IMG/VR virus record: IMGVR_UViG_2681813145_000006
Length of the DNA: 41,316 nucleotides
Origin: a virus
Taxonomy: Duplodnaviria > Heunggongvirae > Uroviricota > Caudoviricetes
Reading direction: 5' to 3' (one strand)
How positions within the stretch are numbered: position 1 is the stretch's first letter; the number at the start of each line of letters is the position of its first letter. Shown here piece by piece: positions 29,145-36,554 of this stretch. Below the pieces are notes generated by a model. The model did not search any database. It was not told where the DNA came from and worked only from the letters and a program-made list of their open reading frames with translations. A program made the position numbers and the translations under genes.

Positions 29145-30122
29145 TTACCCAAGCACGCCAGTTGCAAAGGCGTGATCAAGAAAACGAAAAATTAAATCAA
29201 CCTGAGAACCATGCTTTTCTTCGAACGCCAGAGGATCCGCATGAAGCTCGTTGTGATGCTCCCGACACAGCGGTAGCGTGAAAATATCGTGAGATTTTGT
29301 CCCCATTCCGCCCTGACCATGACCAATCAGGTGATGGGGATCGTCGGCTGGCTTACCACAACACGCACACGGCTGTGTCTTCACCCAGCGTGTGTATTTC
29401 TCGTTAACCCAGCGGCGACGTTTAGGTCGTTTCATGAAAGATTCCGGAGACTCAGGATCAACGGCAATGCTGACCACCGTCTTTTCCTGTGGTGGGTTCT
29501 GTTGCTGGTGGGCGTGAGGCAGCGGCGCAAGATTTTTTGTGCGCTGTTTCAGTATGCTGGTGGCGGTCTGCTCTCCCGGTACGATGTCGCTTTCACGGTA
29601 CATTGAGCGGATTTTTTCCGCACGCAACCCCAGCGAACGACGTAATACCGCTTCCGGTAGCGCGTCCGCCACCTGATTGCGGACCGCCCACCAGGATAAT
29701 TCAGCCAGAGATAATTCACGCTCCTGCGTACCGCTTATTGCGTGACCGATGACGTCAATCATCCATGCTGACAGGTTTTGATGAGCAAGTTGCTCGAGTG
29801 ATTCGGATGTCTGGTCACGCAACTGGTTGTCGCAGTGCCAGCACAACACCATTGCGCCGGTACCATAACGGTGAATGACGGTTTCGCTGTGATGATAATC
29901 GCCGTGTGGCCACTGGCAGGATTTAATATGGCGCAACAGCCAGTCAGACAATGCACCAGCACCACCAGCAGCACGAATCACCCGTGCGTTACTGAAAAAC
30001 GGCAGCAATGTTTTGTCTTCCACCAGCGGCTGGCGAACGGCAGGAACGACCCCGGACGGCAGATTACGCATGCTTTTCGGTTCAGGCTCCACCAGCACTC
30101 GAGGGTTATGAAATACTTGCAT
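29145..30122 (-). CDS. DUF968-like protein with C-terminal His/Cys motif, about 326 aa
   Basis: Start set at ATG 30120-30122 (MQVFHNPRV...); the listed ORF extends to 30266 but that stretch is low-complexity and overlaps the upstream gene; C-terminal motif CACCGKP...HHLIGHGQGG...CREHHNELH. Confidence 0.55.
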   Translation of the reverse strand: MQVFHNPRVLVEPEPKSMRNLPSGVVPAVRQPLVEDKTLLPFFSNARVIRAAGGAGALSDWLLRHIKSCQWPHGDYHHSETVIHRYGTGAMVLCWHCDNQLRDQTSESLEQLAHQNLSAWMIDVIGHAISGTQERELSLAELSWWAVRNQVADALPEAVLRRSLGLRAEKIRSMYRESDIVPGEQTATSILKQRTKNLAPLPHAHQQQNPPQEKTVVSIAVDPESPESFMKRPKRRRWVNEKYTRWVKTQPCACCGKPADDPHHLIGHGQGGMGTKSHDIFTLPLCREHHNELHADPLAFEEKHGSQVDLIFRFLDHAFATGVLG

Positions 30123-30195
30123 GGATTCACAGCCCGGCCTAAGGACCACAAGCCCGAGTTCCGGTACCAGAACAGGTCGAAGTAATATCCGCACG

Positions 30196-30468
30196 TTACC
30201 TCCAGATCCGTTGCTGGTATGTGCGGGATGGGCGCGGTGGGCGTTCGGAATAAGGGAGCCTGACATAGATTATCCAGTGACGATAATCGAGGCTGAGGGC
30301 TTTCTTAATCTCGTATCCGCGTCTGCTGTAGTTATGAATTAGCCATTCGGCCTGTTCTTCAGTACATGGTGGGTGTTGGTACCAGTCGGTTTTAAATGCG
30401 TGTGAACGCCGCTCATGCCGGATGGCAAGGTCGGTATCAGAATTGTGAAATTTGGTTTTGTGCGCCAT
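30196..30468 (-). CDS. Hypothetical protein, 90 aa
   Basis: ATG at 30466-30468; lies between the Hok gene and the DUF968 gene. Confidence 0.45.
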   Translation of the reverse strand: MAHKTKFHNSDTDLAIRHERRSHAFKTDWYQHPPCTEEQAEWLIHNYSRRGYEIKKALSLDYRHWIIYVRLPYSERPPRPSRTYQQRIWR

Positions 30469-30540
30469 CTGTTTTCTCTGCTGGCGCAGCAGGTGTCAGG
30501 TGTTCAGGCTGACGTGCGAATTGTAAACCAGAATGCCAGG

Positions 30541-30567
30541 AAAAAACAAAACCCGCCGAAGCGGGTT
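30541..30567 (-). terminator. Rho-independent terminator 3' of the Hok locus
   Basis: Stem ACCCGC/GCGGGT (30551-30556 / 30561-30566), loop CGAA, A-run 30541-30550 gives a U-tract on the minus transcript. Confidence 0.6.
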
Positions 30568-30635
30568 AAGTGCGGGTGCGTTGAGGATGCCTGACTCATC
30601 AGAGGTGGCGAGGGATTTCTCCCTCGCCAGGTCTC

Positions 30636-30791
30636 TTACTCCTCAGGTTCGTAAGCTGTGAAGACAGCGACCTCCGTCTGGCCGGTTCGGATTCGTACCT
30701 CGCAGAGGTCTTTCCTCGTTACCAGTGCCGTCACAATGACGGTTAAACAGATGACGATCAGGGCGATTAACATCGCCTTTTGCTGCTTCAT
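30636..30791 (-). CDS. hokD: Hok/Gef family membrane toxin, 51 aa (HokD/RelF-like)
   Basis: ATG at 30789-30791 preceded by AAGGAGAA; MKQQKAMLIALIVICLTVIVTALVTRKDLCEVRIRTGQTEVAVFTAYEPEE has the Hok pattern; the listed ORF carries a 19-codon in-frame upstream extension. Confidence 0.75.
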   Translation of the reverse strand: MKQQKAMLIALIVICLTVIVTALVTRKDLCEVRIRTGQTEVAVFTAYEPEE

Positions 30792-31028
30792 AGCCTGCTT
30801 CTCCTTGCCTTTCGGCACGTAAGAGGCTAACCTAGATTTGCCGTTCATAGATTGAGCCTCAGATTAATGTTAAGCGTCTTGCCGGACGCGTAATGTTAAC
30901 TGGGGCTTTTCTCTATCTGCCTTTCAGTGTTCATGCCTGAGACAGATAGCCTCAAGCACCCGCAGCCATTCTACTTAACTCACGTCACCTCGCCAATATG
31001 AAATCAATCAGAAAGGTGATCCATAAAA

Positions 31029-31715
31029 TCACTCCTTCTCTTCTTTTCCGTAGTGGAGTTGGCCAATTTTGATAAGAGGGCGTCCCTGAGATTTGCGGTG
31101 TAGATTGGTATCGCGCAGAGAATACACACAGCCACAATATTCCTGCTGATAGAATTTTTCGCGCTTGCTGATTTCAATCATACGGGACGAGCCGCCCTGC
31201 TTGCGCCAGTTATAATCCCAGTACACCATACCCGGATAATGCGCAACAGCTCGCCGCCCACACTCGTTAACCTGCTGCATATTTTTCCAGCGTGAAATGC
31301 CCAGTGAACTGCTGATCACACTGAAACCATTTTCAGCAGCGTACAACGCTGTCCGCTCAAAACGCATGTCAAAACACATGGTACAACGGATCCCCCTCTC
31401 AGGCTCCCATTCCATTCCTTTGGCACGTTCAAACCAGTTGTCGGTGTCGTAATCAGCATCGATAAACGGCACGCCGTGTTGTTCAGCAAAGCGAATATTT
31501 TCATCCTTACGAATTAAATACTCTTTCTGAGGATGAATGTTCGGGTTGTAGAAAAAGATGGTGTAGTCGATTCCCGAGGCCTGAAGCGCCTCCATCACTT
31601 CACCGGAACATGGAGCACAGCAAGAGTGCAGTAGTAGTTTGTTTGCCCCGTTTGGGAGCTCCAATTTAGGCCGTTTGAAATCAGCAATAGTCATAAATAT
31701 TTTTATTGGGGTCAT
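31029..31715 (-). CDS. queH: Epoxyqueuosine reductase QueH-like protein (DUF208), 228 aa
   Basis: Motif [11 protein letters not shown] near the N-terminus and several further conserved Cys; an alternative ATG lies at 31692-31694. Confidence 0.65.
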   Translation of the reverse strand: MTPIKIFMTIADFKRPKLELPNGANKLLLHSCCAPCSGEVMEALQASGIDYTIFFYNPNIHPQKEYLIRKDENIRFAEQHGVPFIDADYDTDNWFERAKGMEWEPERGIRCTMCFDMRFERTALYAAENGFSVISSSLGISRWKNMQQVNECGRRAVAHYPGMVYWDYNWRKQGGSSRMIEISKREKFYQQEYCGCVYSLRDTNLHRKSQGRPLIKIGQLHYGKEEKE

Positions 31716-31868
31716 GAAAATAGCACAGAGTGTAGCATCAGAGCAGGGCTATCGGGAATATATGTCTAAATCTGGTAATATCTGGTTTTGACGCAAAGCG
31801 GACAACCACGCTGGCTCTACCCTGCGCCATGAAAATGTCAATTCACATCTGAACTAATGCTCTTTAAT

Positions 31869-32294
31869 CTAGTAACGTCTAAAATACCTAACATTTCCTT
31901 GATAAAATGCCAGTACACGCTGCATAGCTTCGCTCTTCCGGCACTCGCGACAGATTATATTCAGGCGCCTGTCGTAGCGGCGTATTTCGCCGTCTGGTAA
32001 CGACCAGATAAGGTCCGGATCAACCACTGCAGGTTTCTTCACCTTTGCCCTTGAGAGTTTTTTGCGGGCATTTTGCCAGTCCTTACGCGCCTGTTCAGAC
32101 GGGAATAACCCGTAGCCAGAATTGTATACATCGCCACTGGCAACCAGCTCTCTGGCGAGAACACTCATCAGATATCTTGTCGCACCTGTTTTCGCTTCCA
32201 GTTGTCGTAACGTCTCGCGCCCGCTCAGGCGCACGAGTTCAACAACCTGCCTCTTAATTTTTTCCCGCTCTTCTTGTGTAAATACTTTTGCCAC
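31869..32294 (-). CDS. Hypothetical basic protein, 141 aa
   Basis: GTG start at 32292-32294 preceded by AGGAGGG; lies downstream of the replication gene. Confidence 0.45.
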   Translation of the reverse strand: MAKVFTQEEREKIKRQVVELVRLSGRETLRQLEAKTGATRYLMSVLARELVASGDVYNSGYGLFPSEQARKDWQNARKKLSRAKVKKPAVVDPDLIWSLPDGEIRRYDRRLNIICRECRKSEAMQRVLAFYQGNVRYFRRY

Positions 32295-32334
32295 AAGCCC
32301 TCCTGAAAATTACCTCATGACCAGAAATTAACAC

Positions 32335-33405
32335 TTACCCCCTGAAGCCCGGCGGAATTTCGTTATCCGGTTCAGAAATATGATTCACACAACGCTGGTT
32401 GTTCGTGCCGCTTACCGGGAGCAACCAGGGGTTCTCAAAATTCCGGTCCGGTCCAAAAAACGTCGTCGCTCGCTGAACAAATTCCGTTCCCGTTTTCCCG
32501 GTAGCCGCCAGGTATCTTGCGTAACGCCTCACACCATCCAGCATGGCCTCTGGTGGCACCCCCTCGCGTAATCTGGCCTTCCAGGCACTGAAAGCGGATT
32601 TCTTCGGGTTTGCCCCAGCACGCAACGGGTATTCCCGCCAGACCTGTTCGAACACATCCGGATAATCTACTCGTCCCACAGGCTGCCCGGTGTTTTCCGG
32701 GACTACCCGATCGGCTTCCCGCTGAATGGCGGAATCGGCTTCAGGCTGCTGCAGTTGGTGTGATTGCTCCGGCCTTGCGGTCATCACCTGCTGCACAGCG
32801 CCCGAATCGGCTTTCAGCGCATACGCTGAATCGGCTTCCGGTGTCGTGCCTGCTGGCTGACCAGGATTGACGGTCTGAACATCCCCTGCCTGGTTCGTGG
32901 CGTTTTTTACGCCATGGACCATAGTGTTTTGATCTTCTTGATCTGTATCTTTATCTGTATCTTTATCTGTCGTGACTCGTCGTGACATGTGCGTGACATT
33001 TCGTGACGCGCCGTGACAATCGCCATTTTGTTCCTGCTTTCTTTCCCTCTCTCGCTGCGCCCTCTTGCGCTCTGCAGGAGATTTTGCGGTTTGCGAAATA
33101 TTGCCGTTGTCCTCTTTAAGCACCTGGCGTTTTTCCCATCCAGTGATTAAATCACCATCAAGTACCCGCCCCTGCATCGTCTGCAAAATTGAATCAATTA
33201 CCTCTTCTGTCACGTCGAGCGCACTTGCCAAATCTTCTGTCGTGACATCAATGTGACCTCGCGTGACATTTCGTGACGCGCTCACCAGGAGGTGGATATA
33301 CACTGCCATCACTGTTGCAATTGGCTGCCCTGACACCCTGGCAATTGTTCGCCACTTAGGGTCATTTGGCATGTCATGCCATAATCTGAGCCAGGCGTTA
33401 GCCAT
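32335..33405 (-). CDS. Putative replication initiation protein, 356 aa, with iterons inside its coding sequence
   Basis: ATG at 33403-33405 preceded by GAGGTG; two CGTGAC repeat clusters lie within the gene. Confidence 0.5.
   Translation of the reverse strand: MANAWLRLWHDMPNDPKWRTIARVSGQPIATVMAVYIHLLVSASRNVTRGHIDVTTEDLASALDVTEEVIDSILQTMQGRVLDGDLITGWEKRQVLKEDNGNISQTAKSPAERKRAQRERERKQEQNGDCHGASRNVTHMSRRVTTDKDTDKDTDQEDQNTMVHGVKNATNQAGDVQTVNPGQPAGTTPEADSAYALKADSGAVQQVMTARPEQSHQLQQPEADSAIQREADRVVPENTGQPVGRVDYPDVFEQVWREYPLRAGANPKKSAFSAWKARLREGVPPEAMLDGVRRYARYLAATGKTGTEFVQRATTFFGPDRNFENPWLLPVSGTNNQRCVNHISEPDNEIPPGFRG
32941..33017. repeat. Iteron cluster 1: two 12-bp tandem repeats ATCTGTATCTTT followed by five CGTGAC motifs at about 10-bp spacing
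   Basis: CGTGAC at 32971, 32981, 32992, 33002 and 33012. Confidence 0.7.
33241..33281. repeat. Iteron cluster 2: four (C/T)GTGAC motifs at about 10-bp spacing, including a 21-bp exact copy of cluster 1
   Basis: Motifs at 33241, 33252, 33262 and 33272; GCGTGACATTTCGTGACGCGC occurs at 32991-33011 and 33261-33281. Confidence 0.7.
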
Positions 33406-33476
33406 ACTCACCTCTTCTGATACCGAATCTTTTTACTCACGAGTTGCCGGAAGCGATTCGATATGGCTATTGTCAG

Positions 33477-33902
33477 TCAATGTACTGCCACAGCATTTCC
33501 TGCCGGGCCACCACGGTTCATCTGATTGAAACCGGCGATTGCCACTGCGACAAAATCATCAGCGTCTCTCACCAATCGCTCCCGCGTCTCCACCAGCTCC
33601 CGAAAATAAGCTGAACTGTGGCTGCGCATTCTGGCCACCAGCAAAGGTGGCATTGCCTTTTCGATCGCTGGTAACAACGCCTGAATTTTTTCAACTGCAT
33701 CAGGGGTGTCTTTCTCTACCCAGCGGAAAATTTTCTGGGTATTGCGAGCCAAGGCTTCCGGATGGCTGTCGTCATACAGTTCCGGGAACGTCATTCCCAG
33801 CTCGAAATACGCTTTGGTAATTTTCGCAGCCGGTACTTTTTCGCCGTCCGGATGCGCCCAGGCATTCATCGCCATGCGGATGTGTTCATGCTTGATTTTC
33901 AT
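33477..33902 (-). CDS. YdaT-like protein (putative CII-like regulator), 141 aa
   Basis: ATG at 33900-33902 preceded by AGGAG; second gene of the rightward early operon; the name is by size and synteny with Rac ydaS-ydaT. Confidence 0.5.
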   Translation of the reverse strand: MKIKHEHIRMAMNAWAHPDGEKVPAAKITKAYFELGMTFPELYDDSHPEALARNTQKIFRWVEKDTPDAVEKIQALLPAIEKAMPPLLVARMRSHSSAYFRELVETRERLVRDADDFVAVAIAGFNQMNRGGPAGNAVAVH

Positions 33903-33905
33903 GAA

Positions 33906-34166
33906 TCAACTCCTAGAAAGTGGTTGTGTTAACATTTTGGTATCTTCCAGCTCGGGCCAAATATTCATCCAATCAAAAGGCCTTAGTTGCTGACGTGTAA
34001 CTTCACCATTACTGCCTCGCTCAATAAGGACACATAACGATGCCCCTAACACTTGACCTTTACTCAATGCCTTTCTTAGATAACCGATGCTGGTACCACA
34101 CTCGCATGCAAACATACGCTGTTCATCTGACGAAAGAGAATTGAGAAATATTCTTAATTCTTCCAT
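33906..34166 (-). CDS. Cro/DicC-like HTH regulator, 86 aa
   Basis: ATG at 34164-34166 preceded by AAGGAG; divergent from the repressor gene. Confidence 0.55.
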   Translation of the reverse strand: MEELRIFLNSLSSDEQRMFACECGTSIGYLRKALSKGQVLGASLCVLIERGSNGEVTRQQLRPFDWMNIWPELEDTKMLTQPLSRS

Positions 34167-34176
34167 AGCTACTCCT

Positions 34177-34268
34177 TAGTAAACACAGCAAAGAATACCC
34201 ATAGGTAAACAAAAGTCAATACCCACAGGTTGTTTACCTTGCAGTAATCGCATCTATTATTTACCTAT
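34177..34268. promoter_or_regulatory. Immunity-region operators and divergent promoters
   Basis: Repeated half-sites TAGTAAACA (34177), TAGGTAAACA (34202), inverted TGTTTACCT (34231) and TTTACCTAT (34260) in the 100-bp gap between divergent regulator genes. Confidence 0.5.
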
Positions 34269-34686
34269 GGACAAATATGAATTTAGACGACAGCAACTCA
34301 TCAAAATTCGTGATGAGAAATGCGATGGTAAAGCGGTTAACGTGGCCAGAAAGATCGGGCGCGAGCCTTCTTATGTATCAAGAATGTTGTACCCAGAGGG
34401 GAAAAAGGGAAAAAAACGGATCGCTGATGATATGGTGGAGATTATCGAAGAGTCCTTTGGGTTACCCCGGGGATGGATGGATGGTATCGTTTCATCATCA
34501 ACGAACACAGCCTCCAGTTATGAAACAAGGGTTCTAACGCCACGACAACGTATTTTTTTAGATCTCTTAGACGAGCTCCCTGACAGTGAAGCGGATAACT
34601 TATTAAAAACTCTTGAAGAGAAAAAACAGAAGTACAATGCAATTTACGAAGAGTTAGCACGAAAGAAAAAACAAAAAGCCTCTTAA
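34267..34686 (+). CDS. DicA/CI-like repressor (HTH, XRE family), 139 aa
   Basis: ATG at 34267; HTH around AVNVARKIGREPSYVSRML; C-terminal helical tail resembling DicA as recalled. Confidence 0.6.
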   Translation: MDKYEFRRQQLIKIRDEKCDGKAVNVARKIGREPSYVSRMLYPEGKKGKKRIADDMVEIIEESFGLPRGWMDGIVSSSTNTASSYETRVLTPRQRIFLDLLDELPDSEADNLLKTLEEKKQKYNAIYEELARKKKQKAS

Positions 34687-34776
34687 ACCAGCATAAATCC
34701 GGTAGCGCCTTCCTCCGGGTTTGTGCTTCACTTTATCCCATCTCATTTTTTTACACACAGAATGTACTAAAAGTAC

Positions 34777-34805
34777 TTTACAACAATGAACGCAAAGTAC
34801 ATTAT
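34777..34805 (+). promoter_or_regulatory. Candidate promoter of the dicB-type operon with AAAGTAC operator-like repeats
   Basis: -35 TTTACA (34777-34782), 17-nt spacer, -10 CATTAT (34800-34805); AAAGTAC-type motifs at 34763, 34772 and 34796. Confidence 0.4.
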
Positions 34806-34983
34806 ATGCCTGCCACCCACCCCGCCCCACAGAATGCAGGGCAATACTTCGAGTTACCAGGCAGTGGTCAGGGGTTAAGTAGCCAGCCCGAGGCGTAAGA
34901 ACATGACGGCAGGGTTCAACTTTAATAACTATGCAGCAGGTTTTTGTTCCGCTACCCCGGCGTTAAGGGGAAATGAGGTCAGC

Positions 34984-35139
34984 ATGGATACTATCAATCT
35001 TGGCAACAGCGAATCTCTGGTATGTGGCGTGTTCCCCAACCAGGACGGTACGTTCACCGCAATGACGTATACCAAAAGCAAAACGTTTAAAACCGAATCT
35101 GGAGCGCGTCGCTGGCTGGAAAGAAATTCAGGTGGGTGA
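34984..35139 (+). CDS. ydfA: YdfA-like small protein, 51 aa
   Basis: ATG at 34984 preceded by GAGG; first gene of the operon that ends with DicF and DicB; name assigned by length and synteny, not sequence recall. Confidence 0.5.
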   Translation: MDTINLGNSESLVCGVFPNQDGTFTAMTYTKSKTFKTESGARRWLERNSGG

Positions 35140-35140
35140 T

Positions 35141-35269
35141 ATGGATTTCGACACAATCATGGAAAAGGCTTACGAAGAATACTTCGAAGGCCTTGCCGAA
35201 GGCGAAGAAGCTCTCAGCTTCAGTGAGTTTAAACAGGCGCTTTCCAGCTCGGCAAAATCTAACGGCTGA
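35141..35269 (+). CDS. ydfB: YdfB-like small acidic protein, 42 aa
   Basis: ATG at 35141 preceded by AGGTGGG; below the 60-aa cutoff of the ORF track; name by length and synteny. Confidence 0.5.
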   Translation: MDFDTIMEKAYEEYFEGLAEGEEALSFSEFKQALSSSAKSNG

Positions 35270-35298
35270 TAAGCGAAGCAACACCGCGAGGAATCAGT

Positions 35299-35517
35299 AT
35301 GCAGAAACGAGAACCCGTCATCATCGCGCCAGATTATACCGATGATGAACTTTATGAGTGGATGCGCCAGAAAATTAATGCAGCGCAGGATCTGAAATGG
35401 GCCAATGAAGCCAGGGCTAAGCAGGCTGAAAATCTGTCCGCTCTGGAGCAGGATATCACCAGGCTGGAAAAAGCAGCGGCATTAAGCATTGCCAGAATGA
35501 TTACATACCCGCGTTAA
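35299..35517 (+). CDS. ydfC: YdfC-like protein, 72 aa
   Basis: ATG at 35299 preceded by GAGGAA; name by length and synteny. Confidence 0.55.
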   Translation: MQKREPVIIAPDYTDDELYEWMRQKINAAQDLKWANEARAKQAENLSALEQDITRLEKAAALSIARMITYPR

Positions 35518-35857
35518 TAGCTAACCAACGAAGCTAAGGTTGGTAATTAAGGAGTTCTCCACGGGTGAGGTGGAGTGCGTGCGCCGGACACGGGTGAGCA
35601 TCCGGCACTGACAGTTTACTGAAAGGATATTTCCATGAAAAGTCAGACCATAACGCGAAAGCGCACGGCGAGGTAGCTGGTTCATAGATAGCCTGTCGTT
35701 AAATTTTCGTCGGCCGTGCGCTTCCGGTTGTGGCACTCCGCGAAATGGCGCGGCGGTAAGTATGGCGGGGTTATTCCTTCCCCGTTGAGGACACCTGGTT
35801 GTCAGGTTGACCATACGCTTAAGTGACAACCCCGCTGCAACGCCCTCTGTTATCAAT

Positions 35858-35910
35858 TTTCTGGTGACGTTTGGCGGTATCAGTTTTACTCCGTGACTGC
35901 TCTGCCGCCC
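35858..35910 (+). ncRNA. dicF: DicF small RNA, 53 nt (ftsZ-targeting)
   Basis: TTTCTGGTGACGTTTGGCGGTATCAGTTTTACTCCGTGACTGCTCTGCCGCCC followed by TTTTT matches the DicF sequence as I recall it; lies between ydfC-like and dicB-like genes. Confidence 0.8.
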
Positions 35911-36084
35911 TTTTTAAAGTGAATTTTGTGATGCGGTGAATGCGGCTAAGCGCACGCGGAACAGTTAAAACCAAAAACAGTGTTATGGGTGGATTCTCTG
36001 TATCCGGCGTTAATTGTTAACTGGTTAACGTCACCTGGAGGCACCAGGCACCGCATCACAAAACTCATTGTTGAGGGCGCGATA

Positions 36085-36273
36085 ATGAAAACGTTATTAC
36101 CAAACGTTAATACGTCTGAAGGTTGTTTTGAAATTGGTGTCACTATCAGTAATCCTGTATTTACTGAAGATGCCATTAACAAAAGAAAACACGAACGGGA
36201 GTTATTAAATAAAGTATGCATTGTTTCAATGCTGGCCCGTTTACGTCTGATGCCAAAAGGATGTGCACAATGA
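36085..36273 (+). CDS. dicB: Cell division inhibitor DicB, 62 aa
   Basis: ATG at 36085 preceded by GAGGG; MKTLLPNVNTSEGCFEIGVTISNPVFTEDAINKRK...MPKGCAQ matches DicB as recalled; downstream of DicF. Confidence 0.75.
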   Translation: MKTLLPNVNTSEGCFEIGVTISNPVFTEDAINKRKHERELLNKVCIVSMLARLRLMPKGCAQ

Positions 36274-36461
36274 ATCCAGTATTTGCACTTATTCTGACGG
36301 TTTTTCTTGTTTCCGGAGAGCCAGTTGATATTGCAGTCAGTGTTCACAGAACAATGCAGGAATGTATGGCAGCAGCAACCGAACAGAAAATTCCAGGCAA
36401 CTGTTATCCGGTCGATAAAGTTATTCACCAGGATAATAACGAAATCCCGGCAGGTCTTTAA
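36270..36461 (+). CDS. ydfD: YdfD-like small membrane protein, 63 aa
   Basis: ATG at 36270 overlaps the dicB stop (ATGA), AAGGA SD; one hydrophobic helix; name by length and synteny. Confidence 0.55.
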   Translation: MNPVFALILTVFLVSGEPVDIAVSVHRTMQECMAAATEQKIPGNCYPVDKVIHQDNNEIPAGL

Positions 36462-36554
36462 AACAGCACCGTAATAAATATCCAGTTTCATTCTTATATG
36501 TCAGCAATGGCAGAGATTTGTTCACCCTTAAATCTGTGATGAGGTTTACCAATA

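Noticed and set aside
29145-30266. Longer 373-aa form of the DUF968 protein
   Set aside because: The extra 48 N-terminal codons are Gly/Ser/Pro/His-rich and overlap the upstream 90-aa gene; the ATG at 30120-30122 avoids the overlap. The longer form is not excluded.
32941-33281. Possible CRISPR array
   Set aside because: The repeats are 6-12 bp at helical-phase spacing inside a coding sequence, not 25-40-bp repeats separated by unique spacers; no cas genes in the window. Read as iterons.
35521-36491. Minus-strand ORFs 35521-35856 (111 aa) and 35946-36491 (181 aa)
   Set aside because: They lie antisense to the DicF, dicB and ydfD region, which is coded on the plus strand, and have no start signals.
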